DNA from: Spirochaetota bacterium
Lineage (GTDB): Bacteria > Spirochaetota > UBA4802 > UB4802
NCBI GenBank assembly: GCA_035420565.1
Contig: DAOLVF010000002.1
Location: forward strand, 5,896-69,895
Reading direction: 5' to 3'
Length of the DNA: 64,000 nt
Part shown: one piece after another, positions 1 to 10,410 of the stretch
Position numbering within the stretch: position 1 is the first letter of the stretch
Layout of the letters: each line of letters begins with the position of its first letter
Program-made: the position numbers and the translations under genes
The notes under the pieces: generated by a model
What the model saw: only the letters and a program-made list of their open reading frames with translations
Database searches by the model: none
What the model was told of the DNA's origin: nothing

Positions 1-618
1 GCCAATGCTACACTGCTTGCTGCACTATCCGATGATGCGGGCGGTATGTTTGTTTTATATAAAATTACAAATGATATATATGTCCGTAGAATTTTATCCA
101 CCATGGCTATCTCATGGTCAAATACTATTAATAATGTTGTTGATGCTGCAATATGCAGATCAGCAACAGGTGTTATTGTAACGTATAACAAAACAACCAA
201 TTCAAGTCAGCTTTTTGCTCAAAGGTATACCGGTGCCGGTGTGGTTGAATTTGGTGAAACAACCATTGTTGCTCTGACTCCTTATGCTTACACAACCAAT
301 CTAACAATTACCCCTGATAGGAATGATGGTGCCATCATAAGCTGGATTGATGAGCGTTACCTGTCACAATTAGGCTATACTGTTATGGCACAGGCTATCA
401 ATGCAACAGGCACACCACAGTGGGATGCTGATCCAGGTGCCGGTACCGATTACGACGGTGTTCTTATAGGCATCACGAATATATGGTATAAACCCTATTC
501 AGGATTAAAAGCGGCATTTTATAATGATGGCGCACCACCCTATGGAGGTATATTCATATGGTATGACAGGCGCAACAATAAGCAGGATATCTACTATGAT
601 ACACAACCATACCCGTAG
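1..618 (+). CDS. hypothetical protein, C-terminal portion; the reading frame is open to the window edge. The Thr/Asn/Gly-rich sequence suggests an exported or surface protein
   Basis: Frame 1 has no stop from nt 1 to 618, and the ORF track shows 46..618. No recognisable catalytic motif. Confidence 0.4.
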   Translation, partial: ANATLLAALSDDAGGMFVLYKITNDIYVRRILSTMAISWSNTINNVVDAAICRSATGVIVTYNKTTNSSQLFAQRYTGAGVVEFGETTIVALTPYAYTTNLTITPDRNDGAIISWIDERYLSQLGYTVMAQAINATGTPQWDADPGAGTDYDGVLIGITNIWYKPYSGLKAAFYNDGAPPYGGIFIWYDRRNNKQDIYYDTQPYP

Positions 619-671
619 AATACTTTTATCTGCATATAAAACGAAACTATACAAACTTTGCTCTGACTTTT

Positions 672-932
672 TTATATTCCACTAATCAAGACTTCTTTAT
701 CTATTTTTTCAAAATCTTTCATCAAGAGAGAAAATCCCCTGAATTCTTCATCACTCCATGTCCCGGCAATATCGCCACTATCCCTCATCCTTGAAGTTCT
801 CTCTTCAAGCCCAGGAGATTTGTGAATAAGGGAAAGTATTGTTTTGTTAATGCTTGTTCTGTTATTTTCTGCAAGCATACACAACTGATGATATGTTCTT
901 TTTGGCATTTGTCTAAGAGTAATTTGATTCAT
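672..932 (-). CDS. small ribbon-helix-helix (CopG/Arc/ParD-like) DNA-binding protein, antitoxin-like, with no adjacent toxin gene
   Basis: The N-terminus MNQITLRQMPKRTYHQLCMLAENNRTSINKTILSLI fits an RHH beta-strand plus two helices. Length is 86 aa. Confidence 0.4.
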   Translation of the reverse strand: MNQITLRQMPKRTYHQLCMLAENNRTSINKTILSLIHKSPGLEERTSRMRDSGDIAGTWSDEEFRGFSLLMKDFEKIDKEVLISGI

Positions 933-1371
933 TATATGCTTCTATGATATCATTCTATGATACTATCATAACTATTCTTTAAGTGTTTATCAAATAATTT
1001 ACTTCATTTAGATAGTATTTTATATTTTTGTGCCACTACATAGTAAAACGCATTGTATGGCTTGATGATATTCTCCATGGAATATATGTAAGTGTTTACC
1101 ATCATCTGTGGCTGGATTATGTATTAACGGTGCTTCTATAGCCAGTAACTTTCTGTCATGCTCCATGACAATCAACAGAATCCATCATATCACGTTACGC
1201 AAGTTGCTGCTGGATTTACGTTTGCTGTAACCAGAGTGCATAAAAATGAATTAGTGCACATGCAATGGTATATATAAAAAGTAACTATCGCCCAAAATCT
1301 TTTTTGATTTACCTGAAATTAGTATTATGTTATGTTGTACATAGCTATCATTATCATGAGTTTTATACACT

Positions 1372-3381
1372 ATGCCACCATTTAAAGTTATTTCATCATA
1401 TACACCTTCAGGCGACCAGGCTAACGCCATAGAACAACTGGCAGATGGGATTAACAAAGGTTTGAAGTTCCAGACGCTTCTTGGTGTCACCGGCTCGGGT
1501 AAAACCTATACCATGGCAAAGGTCATTGAGAAGATTCAAAAGCCAACCCTGGTACTGACACATAACAAAACACTGGCTGCACAACTGTACCGCGAGTTTA
1601 AAGAATTTTTCCCTGAGAATGCCGTGGAATACTTTGTATCATACTATGACTACTACCAGCCTGAGGCGTACGTAGTTTCCCAGGACTTGTATATTGAAAA
1701 AGATGCCAGCATCAACGATGAGATTGATCGCCTGCGTTTAAAAGCAACCTCATCACTGGTGGAGCGCCAGGATGTGATTATCGTGTCATCGGTTTCGTGT
1801 ATTTATGGTATTGGTAATCCCGAAAGCTTTGAAAAAAATCATATACGGCTTGCCACTGGTCATGAGGTTGACAGGCAACAGCTTTTAATGAAACTTGTTT
1901 CCATACACTATGACCGTAATGACATTGCATTTACCCGTGGAACATTCAGGGTCAGAGGCGATACCGTGGAGGTTTTCCCTGCTAATCTACAATATGCATT
2001 GCGCATTGTCTTTTTTGGCGACGAAATTGAGGCACTGTATAAAATAAATCCGTTAACCGGCAACCGGATAGAATCTATTACGCAAGCGCATATCTACCCT
2101 GCAAAGCATTATGTTTCCAGCAAGGAGGAGATGGAAGAGACAATCCGGATGATACAGATTGAGCTGGAGCATCGCATCAACGAATTTACCAGCAGTGGCA
2201 GATTGGTTGAGGCACAGCGGCTGGAAACCCGCACGCTCTATGACATAGAGATGTTGCGCACCGTGGGATATTGCAACGGCATTGAAAATTATTCACGCAT
2301 CATTGATCGCAGACAGCCCGGTCAGCCTCCGCACTGTTTGTTGCACTACTTTAAAGGCAACTACATGATGTTTGTTGACGAGTCACATGTCACCATACCG
2401 CAGGTACGGGGGATGTATGAGGGCGATAGATCCCGTAAAAGTAATCTGGTTGAATATGGATTCAGGCTTCCTTCAGCACTGGATAACCGCCCCTTACAGT
2501 TCCATGAATTTGAGACCATGATTGACAGGGTTGTGTTTGTTTCCGCAACCCCTGCAGAATATGAACTGCAAATATCAGCGCAGGTTGTTGAGCAGGTTAT
2601 ACGCCCCACCGGTTTGATAGATCCCGAAATAGAGGTGCGCCCTGCAACCGGTCAGGTTGACGACCTGATTGGCGAGATTAAAAAAAGGGTTGCGGTAAAT
2701 GAACGTATACTGGTAACCACATTGACAAAAAAGATGGCAGAAGACCTGACACAGTATCTTACCGAGGTAGGATTACGGGTTCGCTATCTGCACTCGGAGA
2801 TAGAAACCATTGAACGCGTTGAAATTATCCGCGATTTGCGGAAGGGCATATTTGATTGTCTTATTGGTATTAACCTTTTGCGCGAAGGTCTTGATATCCC
2901 CGAGGTTTCACTTGTTGCAATCCTAGATGCCGATAAGGAGGGATTTTTACGCTCAACACGCTCGCTTATACAAACATCAGGCAGAGCAGCACGCAATAGT
3001 AACGGGAAAGTCATCATGTATGCCGATACCATTACCCGATCAATGCAGGAAGCAATAGACGAAACCAGAAGGCGTCGAAAAATCCAGATGGAATTTAATA
3101 CCCTCCACAACATTACTCCAAAAAGCATTTCCAAAGAGATTGTTGACATTATTGAGCGTGAATATCATTCTGACGATGTTTTTGCCGATCTTGTATCAGA
3201 ATATGCAAATGCATATCGCACCAACAATGTTGAGCAACTGAAAATGGTACATGAGAAAATTAAACAGGACATGCTTGAAGCGGCAAACAATTTTGAATTT
3301 GAAAAAGCTGCTGTTTTGCGAGACCAGATGTTTGATATAGAAAAGAAGATCGATATAGTGAGTAAAGCATCCGGGCGATAG
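1372..3381 (+). CDS. uvrB: excinuclease ABC subunit B (UvrB)
   Basis: Walker [16 protein letters not shown], helicase motifs, and a C-terminal UvrB/UvrC interaction helix ([12 protein letters not shown]). 669 aa. Confidence 0.95.
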   Translation: MPPFKVISSYTPSGDQANAIEQLADGINKGLKFQTLLGVTGSGKTYTMAKVIEKIQKPTLVLTHNKTLAAQLYREFKEFFPENAVEYFVSYYDYYQPEAYVVSQDLYIEKDASINDEIDRLRLKATSSLVERQDVIIVSSVSCIYGIGNPESFEKNHIRLATGHEVDRQQLLMKLVSIHYDRNDIAFTRGTFRVRGDTVEVFPANLQYALRIVFFGDEIEALYKINPLTGNRIESITQAHIYPAKHYVSSKEEMEETIRMIQIELEHRINEFTSSGRLVEAQRLETRTLYDIEMLRTVGYCNGIENYSRIIDRRQPGQPPHCLLHYFKGNYMMFVDESHVTIPQVRGMYEGDRSRKSNLVEYGFRLPSALDNRPLQFHEFETMIDRVVFVSATPAEYELQISAQVVEQVIRPTGLIDPEIEVRPATGQVDDLIGEIKKRVAVNERILVTTLTKKMAEDLTQYLTEVGLRVRYLHSEIETIERVEIIRDLRKGIFDCLIGINLLREGLDIPEVSLVAILDADKEGFLRSTRSLIQTSGRAARNSNGKVIMYADTITRSMQEAIDETRRRRKIQMEFNTLHNITPKSISKEIVDIIEREYHSDDVFADLVSEYANAYRTNNVEQLKMVHEKIKQDMLEAANNFEFEKAAVLRDQMFDIEKKIDIVSKASGR

Positions 3382-3404
3382 ATACTATATAAGGGTATGA
3401 TACT

Positions 3405-4244
3405 ATGGAACAACCATCGTATGAGGAGCTATCTCCAATTATAACAATGGCATTACAGGAAGATATTGGCAGCGGTGATATAACAAGCCTTGCACTATTT
3501 GATGAGTACCAGTATGCCTGTGCCAGAATTTCATCAAAAAATGATGGGATATTTTGCGGAGGGTTTTTGATAGAGTATATTTATCACACTATTGATCCTG
3601 CCATTTCAGTGACGATATACTGCAATGAAGGAGCTGCAATAAAAAAAGATGATGTTGTGTGTGATATTGAAGGCAGTGTACGGGCATTACTTTCGGCTGA
3701 GCGTACCGTTCTTAACTTTTTACAGCGTACCTGTGGCATTGCAACACGGACAGCACGCCTTGTTTCACTGGTCAGTGATACACCTATAAAAATATTTGAT
3801 ACACGCAAAACAGTTCCTGGGTTTAGATTACTGGATAAATATGCCGTTTATTGCGGCGGGGGAACCAACCACCGGATGGGACTTTTTGATATGATTTTGA
3901 TTAAGGATAATCATATCAAGGCTGCAGGCGGAATACAACAGGCAGTAATGATGGTACGGCAGAAGTATGCAAACAGGTATACCATTGAGGTAGAGGTAGA
4001 AACGCTGAATCAGGTACATGAAGCGGTAGAGGCTGGTGTTGATATCATCATGCTCGACAATATGACAAAAGACAGGATTTCACTGGCATTATCCATCATC
4101 AATGGTAAGGCTAAGGTTGAAGTTTCCGGAAATATGGATGAGCATACGTTGAAAGAGATAGCTGATTTACCGGTTGACTATGTTTCAGTTGGCGCATTGA
4201 CTCATTCGGTCAAAGCATTTGATCTTACCATGCGTTTAATCTAA
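3405..4244 (+). CDS. nadC: nicotinate-nucleotide pyrophosphorylase (quinolinate phosphoribosyltransferase)
   Basis: Full-length QPRTase family similarity (ERTVLNFLQRTCGIATRTARLV ... IMLDNM ... EVSGNM). 279 aa. Confidence 0.9.
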   Translation: MEQPSYEELSPIITMALQEDIGSGDITSLALFDEYQYACARISSKNDGIFCGGFLIEYIYHTIDPAISVTIYCNEGAAIKKDDVVCDIEGSVRALLSAERTVLNFLQRTCGIATRTARLVSLVSDTPIKIFDTRKTVPGFRLLDKYAVYCGGGTNHRMGLFDMILIKDNHIKAAGGIQQAVMMVRQKYANRYTIEVEVETLNQVHEAVEAGVDIIMLDNMTKDRISLALSIINGKAKVEVSGNMDEHTLKEIADLPVDYVSVGALTHSVKAFDLTMRLI

Positions 4245-4255
4245 TAAAATCTAAT

Positions 4256-5095
4256 TTAATAGGTGTAAAATCCTCGTCCTGCTTTTCTTCCTAAATATCC
4301 TGCCTCTACATATTTTTTTAACAACGGGCACGGACGATATTTGGGATCTCCAAATCCCTTATACAGTTCATCAGTAATAGCAAGGACAACATCCAGTCCT
4401 ATCATATCAGCCAGTTGCAGCGGTCCCATGGGCAGATTCAATCCCAATGTCATAGTTTTATCGATAGTTTCAGCATTCGCCGCCCCTTCATACAGAGTAA
4501 ATATTGCTTCATTAATCATTGGCATAAGAATTCTGTTTAATACAAATCCTGGAAAATCCTTTGATTCAACAGGTGTTTTCCCCAGAGATTTAACAAAGCT
4601 TTTCACTGATTCAATGGTTTCACGAGTCGTAGCAATACCACCTACTATCTCCACCAATCGCATAACACGGGCGGGATTCATAAAATGGATCCCGACAACA
4701 TATTCAGGACGTTTAGTAGCTGCTGCAATAGTGGTAACAGACAATGATGATGTATTACTTGCTAAAATAGCCCCTGATTTGCATACAGCATCCAGCGCTT
4801 TAAATACCTCTCTCTTCAATGCAATGTCCTCGGGGATACATTCAATAATGATATCTGCATTGCGCATATCCTTTATGTTTTTATGCAATTTCAGACGTGA
4901 AATGAACTCACCACGTTTTGTTTGCTCTAAACGCTTTTCGGCAATATATCGATCAAGGCGTTTTGTTATAATTTCATAAGCAAGTTTTAACTGCGTCTCA
5001 TCAGTATCATGCACTATGACATGATAGTTATGTTCAATTGCCAGATGAGCAATATCTGTTCCCATGGTACCTGCACCTACAATTCCTACTATCAT
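4256..5095 (-). CDS. hbd: 3-hydroxybutyryl-CoA / 3-hydroxyacyl-CoA dehydrogenase
   Basis: N-terminal Rossmann motif [15 protein letters not shown] and a C-terminal 3HCDH domain. Start moved to the internal ATG at 5095 because a strong GGGAGG RBS precedes it. The longer ORF would overlap the upstream gene. Confidence 0.85.
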   Translation of the reverse strand: MIVGIVGAGTMGTDIAHLAIEHNYHVIVHDTDETQLKLAYEIITKRLDRYIAEKRLEQTKRGEFISRLKLHKNIKDMRNADIIIECIPEDIALKREVFKALDAVCKSGAILASNTSSLSVTTIAAATKRPEYVVGIHFMNPARVMRLVEIVGGIATTRETIESVKSFVKSLGKTPVESKDFPGFVLNRILMPMINEAIFTLYEGAANAETIDKTMTLGLNLPMGPLQLADMIGLDVVLAITDELYKGFGDPKYRPCPLLKKYVEAGYLGRKAGRGFYTY

Positions 5096-5105
5096 AGAAA
5101 CCTCC

Positions 5106-6071
5106 CTATACAGTGGCATTCACAATATTTCTTTGTTTACCATTGAAAAATGCATGGATGTTTGCTGCAATCTCATTAATTAAAACCTGCCGAGTTTCTT
5201 TAGAAGCCCAGGCAATATGAGGGGTTATGATGCAATGTGGCGCTTTAAGTATGGGATCATCAATGTCAGGTGGCTCTTTTTCCAGTACATCCAGTGCTGC
5301 ACCGGCAATGACATTATTGTTCAATGCCCATGCCAGATCCTTTGTATCAATGATAGGACCCCGTGCCATATTGATAAGATATGCTGTTGGTTTCATCTTC
5401 AAAATAAAATCTTTATTGATACAATGGTAGGTATAATCATTGAGTGGCATGTGGATAGTTATAAAGTCGGATAGTTTACAAAATTCATCAGCAGTATAGC
5501 GTGGTATAGAACTATCACCTGACAATGCATTGCCTCGTTTAAAAGCTATAATCCGCATCCCAAAGACAGCGGCTAACTGTGCAACACGTTTACCAATATC
5601 ACCATAGCCCATAATGCCCAATACCTTGCCAGAAATGCACATAGTAGGCCACTTTCCCATGGTAAAGATTGGTGAGTTGCTCCAGCTTCCGTCATGGGTT
5701 GCTTCGTTATAATTAATGAGATTGCATGCCAGCGACAGTATAAAGCACATGGTAAGCTCGGCAACAGATTCACGGGAATAGCCCGGAACATTTGCAACAG
5801 CAATTCCTCTGCTGTGTGCTGCCTCAATATCAATGGTATTGTATCCGGTAGCCGCCACTGCAATAAGTTTACAGTGCTCCAGACACTCTATTTCTTTACG
5901 TGTAAAAACCACCTTGTTGGTAATAATGATATCCGCAGCTTTACTACGCTCTATTACCTCTTCAGGTTTCGTTATGGAATAGGTTATCAGCCTTCCTGCT
6001 TGCGAAAGTGGTGTCAGATCAATATCGCCAAAATCAACCGTGGCAGCATCAAGAAATACTATCGTATACAC
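5106..6071 (-). CDS. D-isomer-specific 2-hydroxyacid dehydrogenase (glycerate dehydrogenase / hydroxypyruvate reductase-like)
   Basis: NAD-binding motif [16 protein letters not shown] and catalytic R/E/H spacing (MARGPIID ... ITPHIA). A probable GTG start at 6071 is preceded by GGAGGA. Confidence 0.85.
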   Translation of the reverse strand: MYTIVFLDAATVDFGDIDLTPLSQAGRLITYSITKPEEVIERSKAADIIITNKVVFTRKEIECLEHCKLIAVAATGYNTIDIEAAHSRGIAVANVPGYSRESVAELTMCFILSLACNLINYNEATHDGSWSNSPIFTMGKWPTMCISGKVLGIMGYGDIGKRVAQLAAVFGMRIIAFKRGNALSGDSSIPRYTADEFCKLSDFITIHMPLNDYTYHCINKDFILKMKPTAYLINMARGPIIDTKDLAWALNNNVIAGAALDVLEKEPPDIDDPILKAPHCIITPHIAWASKETRQVLINEIAANIHAFFNGKQRNIVNATV

Positions 6072-6227
6072 GGATATCAATCCTCCAAAAAAAAGTTATG
6101 TGCCCTTGTCATTCCTTCTGGGCGGCCGCAACACAACCATCGTAAACTCCCAAGAAATAACAGTACATTGCAACAGACTTAGAAAATTAAATAAGTTACC
6201 ACTATGACCTAAATGTCAATAGTTTAT

Positions 6228-6716
6228 TTATAAAGTACTATACATAATCGTTGTTGGATTGCCATCATTATCAAGAGCATCTTCTAAGATGCAAAACCCT
6301 CGTGAAGTATAATAGTGAATCAGATCAACTGTATCATTATGCCCTTCAAAGAGATATACTGTTCTATACCCTAATTCCTTTGCTTTATCAATAACTGCCT
6401 GTACAAGAGCAGTACCTATACCCTGAAAGCGGTATTCAGGAACAATATATAAAGAGGCAAGCCATGGATTGAGATCGGTTCGTGCCCACAGATCATTGTT
6501 TTTCAATGAAACCATCCCTACCGGAAGTTTTTTTTCATCAATGGCAACCCATGCCAGTGGAATGGTTGATGAATGCGCACGTTCCATGTACGAACGGATA
6601 ATAACATCAAACGGTATATCACGTTGAGTATACCACTCACGATATGACCAATAGGCTAAAATAGGGGCATACTGGGGAAAATGATTCAATAGATGTACCT
6701 GCACCATTGTTGCCAT
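6228..6716 (-). CDS. GNAT family N-acetyltransferase
   Basis: Acetyl-CoA-binding motif RFQGIGTALVQAVIDKAKELGYRTVYL. The ORF 5' end is probably over-extended and an internal Met was chosen. Confidence 0.7.
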   Translation of the reverse strand: MATMVQVHLLNHFPQYAPILAYWSYREWYTQRDIPFDVIIRSYMERAHSSTIPLAWVAIDEKKLPVGMVSLKNNDLWARTDLNPWLASLYIVPEYRFQGIGTALVQAVIDKAKELGYRTVYLFEGHNDTVDLIHYYTSRGFCILEDALDNDGNPTTIMYSTL

Positions 6717-6773
6717 CCTTATTGATTGATAGTTATAGACATGAATAGCAACAATGGTTGTTGTTCGCAACTA

Positions 6774-8402
6774 CTATTTGGGAATCTGTAGCCGCTGCTT
6801 CACTTCTTCCAGTTGCTTTGACAATTCTTTGTTATCCCATCGCAGCTCTTTTGCTGCTGTTTCAGCCACCAGTGTCAGTTTATCATTACCGGGATTTCCA
6901 GCCGTGCAAATACCTGTTCGCCTGAAGACAATATCAGGCAACGTACGAGCCATTTCATGGCGGATAGCATAAATTACCTCAGCCAGAATTTCCCCATCAT
7001 GGGTTACTATCTCCCTGAACTTTTTATTTGACCCAGCTATTTTGATTACAGTATCAACTTCAGTGCCAAAGTATTTTGCCAGCACCTCAAGGGACTTTTT
7101 ATCCAGCAAAGAATTTGAGGTGTAAACAGTATTAAAAAATATCTCTAAATCTTTTATTTCACACCCTGCTAAATACTGTTTATGAGTTATGGATTTTGGT
7201 AACGAATATTGTAGTTTTTTTTCAACAACCTTCATTACCTTGACCGCTAAATTTCTGCTGGTTGTATATTTCCCACCCTCAACCGTTATAAGTCCCTGAA
7301 CGCCTTCTTCCGAATTATCGTAAATTTCATATCGCCGTGAAGATTGGTAGGTACCTTCAACCTGATCATCAACCAGAGGTCGCAAGCCTCCATAGGTATA
7401 CTTTATATCATTATACGATAAAGTACCATCACCAAAATATTCATTAACATCGTCAAGTAATTCCTGAATACTCTCTCTGGTTACCCGATAGTTATCGGGA
7501 TTACCAATATATTCCTTATCAGTTGTGCCAATAAGGGTATATCCTCGCCAGGGTATCAAAAAGAAATGCCTGCCCTTTTTGCTCATCAACGTTACAGCAT
7601 ATTTATGTACTATAGGTTTTGTGATGATATGAATCCCTTCTGACCTTCTAATCTGGTGTTTTACAGTGCCATTTTCAGCCTTTTTTAAGATTATATCTGC
7701 CCATGGGCCACCGCAGTTTATGACAAGCTTTCCTTCAACATCTATTTCTTTATTGTTCAAAGTATCGTAAACGATAACACCAGCGATTGAGTTATTACGA
7801 TACAAAAAGTCTTTTACTTCAGCATAATTTGCAACCTTTGCCCCATAGTTCACCGCAGATTTTATAAATGATAGTGTTAACCGTTCAGGGAAGATACTCT
7901 GGCAATCATAGTAGATAGTAGCCGCAGTCAGCCCTTCAGATTTCAGATTGGGTTCTTCCTGTAATGCCTTTTCCCTGCTAATTTGAGAGTGTACGGGTAT
8001 TTTTTTTGATCTATCCCATGTCCAGCCTTTATCAAATGAAAGAATATCGTACATGATCATACCCATCTTTAGAACCCAGCGGTTATTGAGCAGCCTTTTA
8101 TAATTGGGTATCATGAATGGAAAAGGGTACACCAGCGTAGGGGCAATATTCTCTAATATTCTTCGTTCACGTAAGGACTCTCGCACCAGGGAAATCTCCA
8201 TGTTCGCAAGGTATCGTAATCCTCCATGGATAAGCTTGGAGGTTGCAGCCGAAGTAGCCCATCCAAAGTCTTTTTTCTCCAGCAGTGCAACATGTAAACC
8301 CCTTGTTGCGGCTTCATATGCCACAGCAGCACCGGTAATGCCGCCACCAATGATAATAACATCAAACTGCTCTTTGTTATTTTCTTCAATAAAACGTTTC
8401 AT
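6774..8402 (-). CDS. glpA: FAD-dependent glycerol-3-phosphate dehydrogenase (GlpA/GlpD family)
   Basis: FAD dinucleotide motif FDVIIIGGGITGAAVAYEAATRGLHVALLEKKDFGWATS and a DAO domain with a C-terminal helical domain. The true start, MKRFIEENNKEQ at 8402, lies 5 nt after the gntR stop. The first 103 aa of the 644-aa ORF are an artefact. Confidence 0.85.
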   Translation of the reverse strand: MKRFIEENNKEQFDVIIIGGGITGAAVAYEAATRGLHVALLEKKDFGWATSAATSKLIHGGLRYLANMEISLVRESLRERRILENIAPTLVYPFPFMIPNYKRLLNNRWVLKMGMIMYDILSFDKGWTWDRSKKIPVHSQISREKALQEEPNLKSEGLTAATIYYDCQSIFPERLTLSFIKSAVNYGAKVANYAEVKDFLYRNNSIAGVIVYDTLNNKEIDVEGKLVINCGGPWADIILKKAENGTVKHQIRRSEGIHIITKPIVHKYAVTLMSKKGRHFFLIPWRGYTLIGTTDKEYIGNPDNYRVTRESIQELLDDVNEYFGDGTLSYNDIKYTYGGLRPLVDDQVEGTYQSSRRYEIYDNSEEGVQGLITVEGGKYTTSRNLAVKVMKVVEKKLQYSLPKSITHKQYLAGCEIKDLEIFFNTVYTSNSLLDKKSLEVLAKYFGTEVDTVIKIAGSNKKFREIVTHDGEILAEVIYAIRHEMARTLPDIVFRRTGICTAGNPGNDKLTLVAETAAKELRWDNKELSKQLEEVKQRLQIPK

Positions 8403-8406
8403 AGCA

Positions 8407-9123
8407 TTACCCCTTATTGGAATAAGTTTTAGTATAATATTCAAAAATTCTTTTTTCGGTGTACTCCAGCACATCTCTGGTAATGGAAAATGCCTTTTCT
8501 GCCTTTTTATCCTGAAATGCTTTATATAATTGCTGGTGGAACTGTTCTGAGCGTTTTCGGTTATCAGGATTTTCAAAATACAAATAGCCAAAGTCTCTAA
8601 AAATCTGATTAAAGAAATGCAAAATGAATATGTAGAGCATATTATTGCTGGTCTTTGCAATAAAATGGTGCACTGCAAGATCCTTTTCCAGAATATCTTC
8701 CTGTTCATTAATTATCCTGGCTAACTCCTCCAGATCGCTGGTGCTACACTCCTTTACCGCTCTGGCTGCCATCTCTGGTACAATGATCTTTCTCATCTCC
8801 AGGACATCCTGTAATATCGGCAAAGGAATAGTATCATTAAGGTAGATCATCATCCTGAAAAGTTCTAAATTACCACTTGAGCGATAATCGTTTACAAAAA
8901 TCCCCTCACCATGTCGTATCTCTATAAGCCCCAATGTTTCCAGCTTCTTCAGCGCTTCACGTACTGTTGCCCTGTTAACATCCAGGTCTGCAGCAATATC
9001 GCGCTCGGAAGGCAGTTTATCCCCGGGCTGTATAGCATTGTTAATAATTTTTTTGGCAAGCAGGGTAACAATCTGCTCCCGGAGGGTGTTTTTTTGCAAT
9101 TGCCCTAATGTGTTTTTTTTCAT
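8407..9123 (-). CDS. GntR family transcriptional regulator with an FCD (FadR C-terminal) domain
   Basis: wHTH motif ERDIAADLDVNRATVREALKKLETLGLIEIRHGEGIFV plus a helical FCD domain. It is translationally adjacent to glpA. Confidence 0.85.
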   Translation of the reverse strand: MKKNTLGQLQKNTLREQIVTLLAKKIINNAIQPGDKLPSERDIAADLDVNRATVREALKKLETLGLIEIRHGEGIFVNDYRSSGNLELFRMMIYLNDTIPLPILQDVLEMRKIIVPEMAARAVKECSTSDLEELARIINEQEDILEKDLAVHHFIAKTSNNMLYIFILHFFNQIFRDFGYLYFENPDNRKRSEQFHQQLYKAFQDKKAEKAFSITRDVLEYTEKRIFEYYTKTYSNKG

Positions 9124-9148
9124 ACTGCCACCTTTAGTTTAGTGGTTC

Positions 9149-9163
9149 AGTGGTTCAACCACT
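9149..9163. promoter_or_regulatory. perfect 15-bp palindrome AGTGGTT-C-AACCACT, preceded by the direct half-repeat TGGTTCAG. Candidate autoregulatory GntR operator
   Basis: Seen directly 26 bp upstream of the gntR start codon. GntR/FadR operators are typically palindromes around a GT-N-AC core. Confidence 0.35.
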
Positions 9164-9222
9164 ATCAATATACCAGATATATAGCAAAAAATCCACATTA
9201 ATTGAAAAAAAATAAATGATTT

Positions 9223-10410
9223 TTATAGCAGCTGGTGTACACCATCATCTATGGTGCATTCATAGATATCAGGGGTCCTTCCCTCTTTTTTTTCAAATCG
9301 TTCAGCGATAGTTTTTTTAAAGTGTTCAACTGCATACAGAGCTACCATCGTTACCGTACAACCACCAAAACCGCCACCCATAAGCCGTGAGCCATACACG
9401 CCATCAATTTCTGATATCCATTCAACCATCGCATCTATAAGAGGAATACTCACCTCAAAGTAGTTACTCAGACTATGATGCGATTGATAAAGAAGCTTAC
9501 CGGCTTTTATAAGATTATACTTCTGAATTTCCTGTGCAAACTCATGTACACGATGGTTCTCAGATATTACATGAAACACCCTTTTATATTCAGTAATGGG
9601 AAGAATATCCTTGATGGTAGCAAGCTCATCAATACTGCAATCACAAAGACAATTAATGGCAAATCCAGACTTTTGTAATAAAGTCAATGCCCTTTCGCAT
9701 TCATTCCTTCTTTCGTTATAGCCCGATTCCCGTAAACTGTGCTTTACGCCGCTATTCACAAGGACAAAACGTATTGCAGATGCATCAATCGGGATATACT
9801 GAAATTCCATGGTTTTGGTGTTGAGCAAAAGCCCATTGTTTTTCCTGCCATTGACGATTGCCATTTGGTCCATTATCCCACATTGAACACCGGCAAAATC
9901 CCACTCTACCTGTTGCGCTTGTAACGCTACATCTATATTTTTCATTTTTTTGCCATGCAAAGTACATAACGCATACAGCGTTCCAACAGTAATTGCCGCA
10001 GAGCTTGACATGCCCGCACCAACAGGCAGGGTGCTATAAAAACTAATATCAAATCCAGATTCAAAATGTATATCTGACAGTACACAGGCACCTAAAGGAT
10101 ATACCAACCATTTATGTTTTGCCACATCCCTGATGTTTGGCAAGTGTATATTGCTGATAGCTATCTCCCCTTGCTCATGTTGCTGGTAAGAAGCAAAGCG
10201 CATGATGCCATCATTATTGCGTGATGCACATATATATATATGTTTATCGATAGCTATTGGGAAAACGGTGCCACCATTATAATCGATATGTTCACCGATA
10301 ATATTGATACGCCCTGGAGCAACAAATACACTGACATCAGAAGATTGAGGAAAATATTCTTTATGATGTGTAATTGCTGTATCAACTACTGAAGGCATAG
10401 ACACTAACAC
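9223..10410 (-). CDS. galK: galactokinase
   Basis: Galactokinase signature PGRINIIGEHIDYNGG, GHMP kinase motif PVGAGMSSSAA and C-terminal GGGFGGCTV. Confidence 0.9.
   Translation of the reverse strand: MLVSMPSVVDTAITHHKEYFPQSSDVSVFVAPGRINIIGEHIDYNGGTVFPIAIDKHIYICASRNNDGIMRFASYQQHEQGEIAISNIHLPNIRDVAKHKWLVYPLGACVLSDIHFESGFDISFYSTLPVGAGMSSSAAITVGTLYALCTLHGKKMKNIDVALQAQQVEWDFAGVQCGIMDQMAIVNGRKNNGLLLNTKTMEFQYIPIDASAIRFVLVNSGVKHSLRESGYNERRNECERALTLLQKSGFAINCLCDCSIDELATIKDILPITEYKRVFHVISENHRVHEFAQEIQKYNLIKAGKLLYQSHHSLSNYFEVSIPLIDAMVEWISEIDGVYGSRLMGGGFGGCTVTMVALYAVEHFKKTIAERFEKKEGRTPDIYECTIDDGVHQLL

Noticed and set aside
4341-4979. 212-aa antisense ORF inside hbd. Similar antisense ORFs occur at 5217-6182, 26616-26945, 27393-27701 and 43091-43438
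   Set aside because: They are fully embedded opposite well-supported conserved genes. They have biased, low-complexity composition and no RBS.
8403-8708. 103-codon N-terminal extension of the glpA ORF (644 aa in the track)
   Set aside because: The extension overlaps the gntR gene in another frame and lacks similarity to anything. The FAD motif begins right after the internal Met at 8402, which sits 5 nt after the gntR stop.
9130-9170. Tandem TGGTTCAG/TGGTTCAACC as a possible tRNA or terminator
   Set aside because: The loop would be 1 nt and no T-run follows. It is better explained as a protein-binding palindrome upstream of gntR, and it is reported as a candidate operator.
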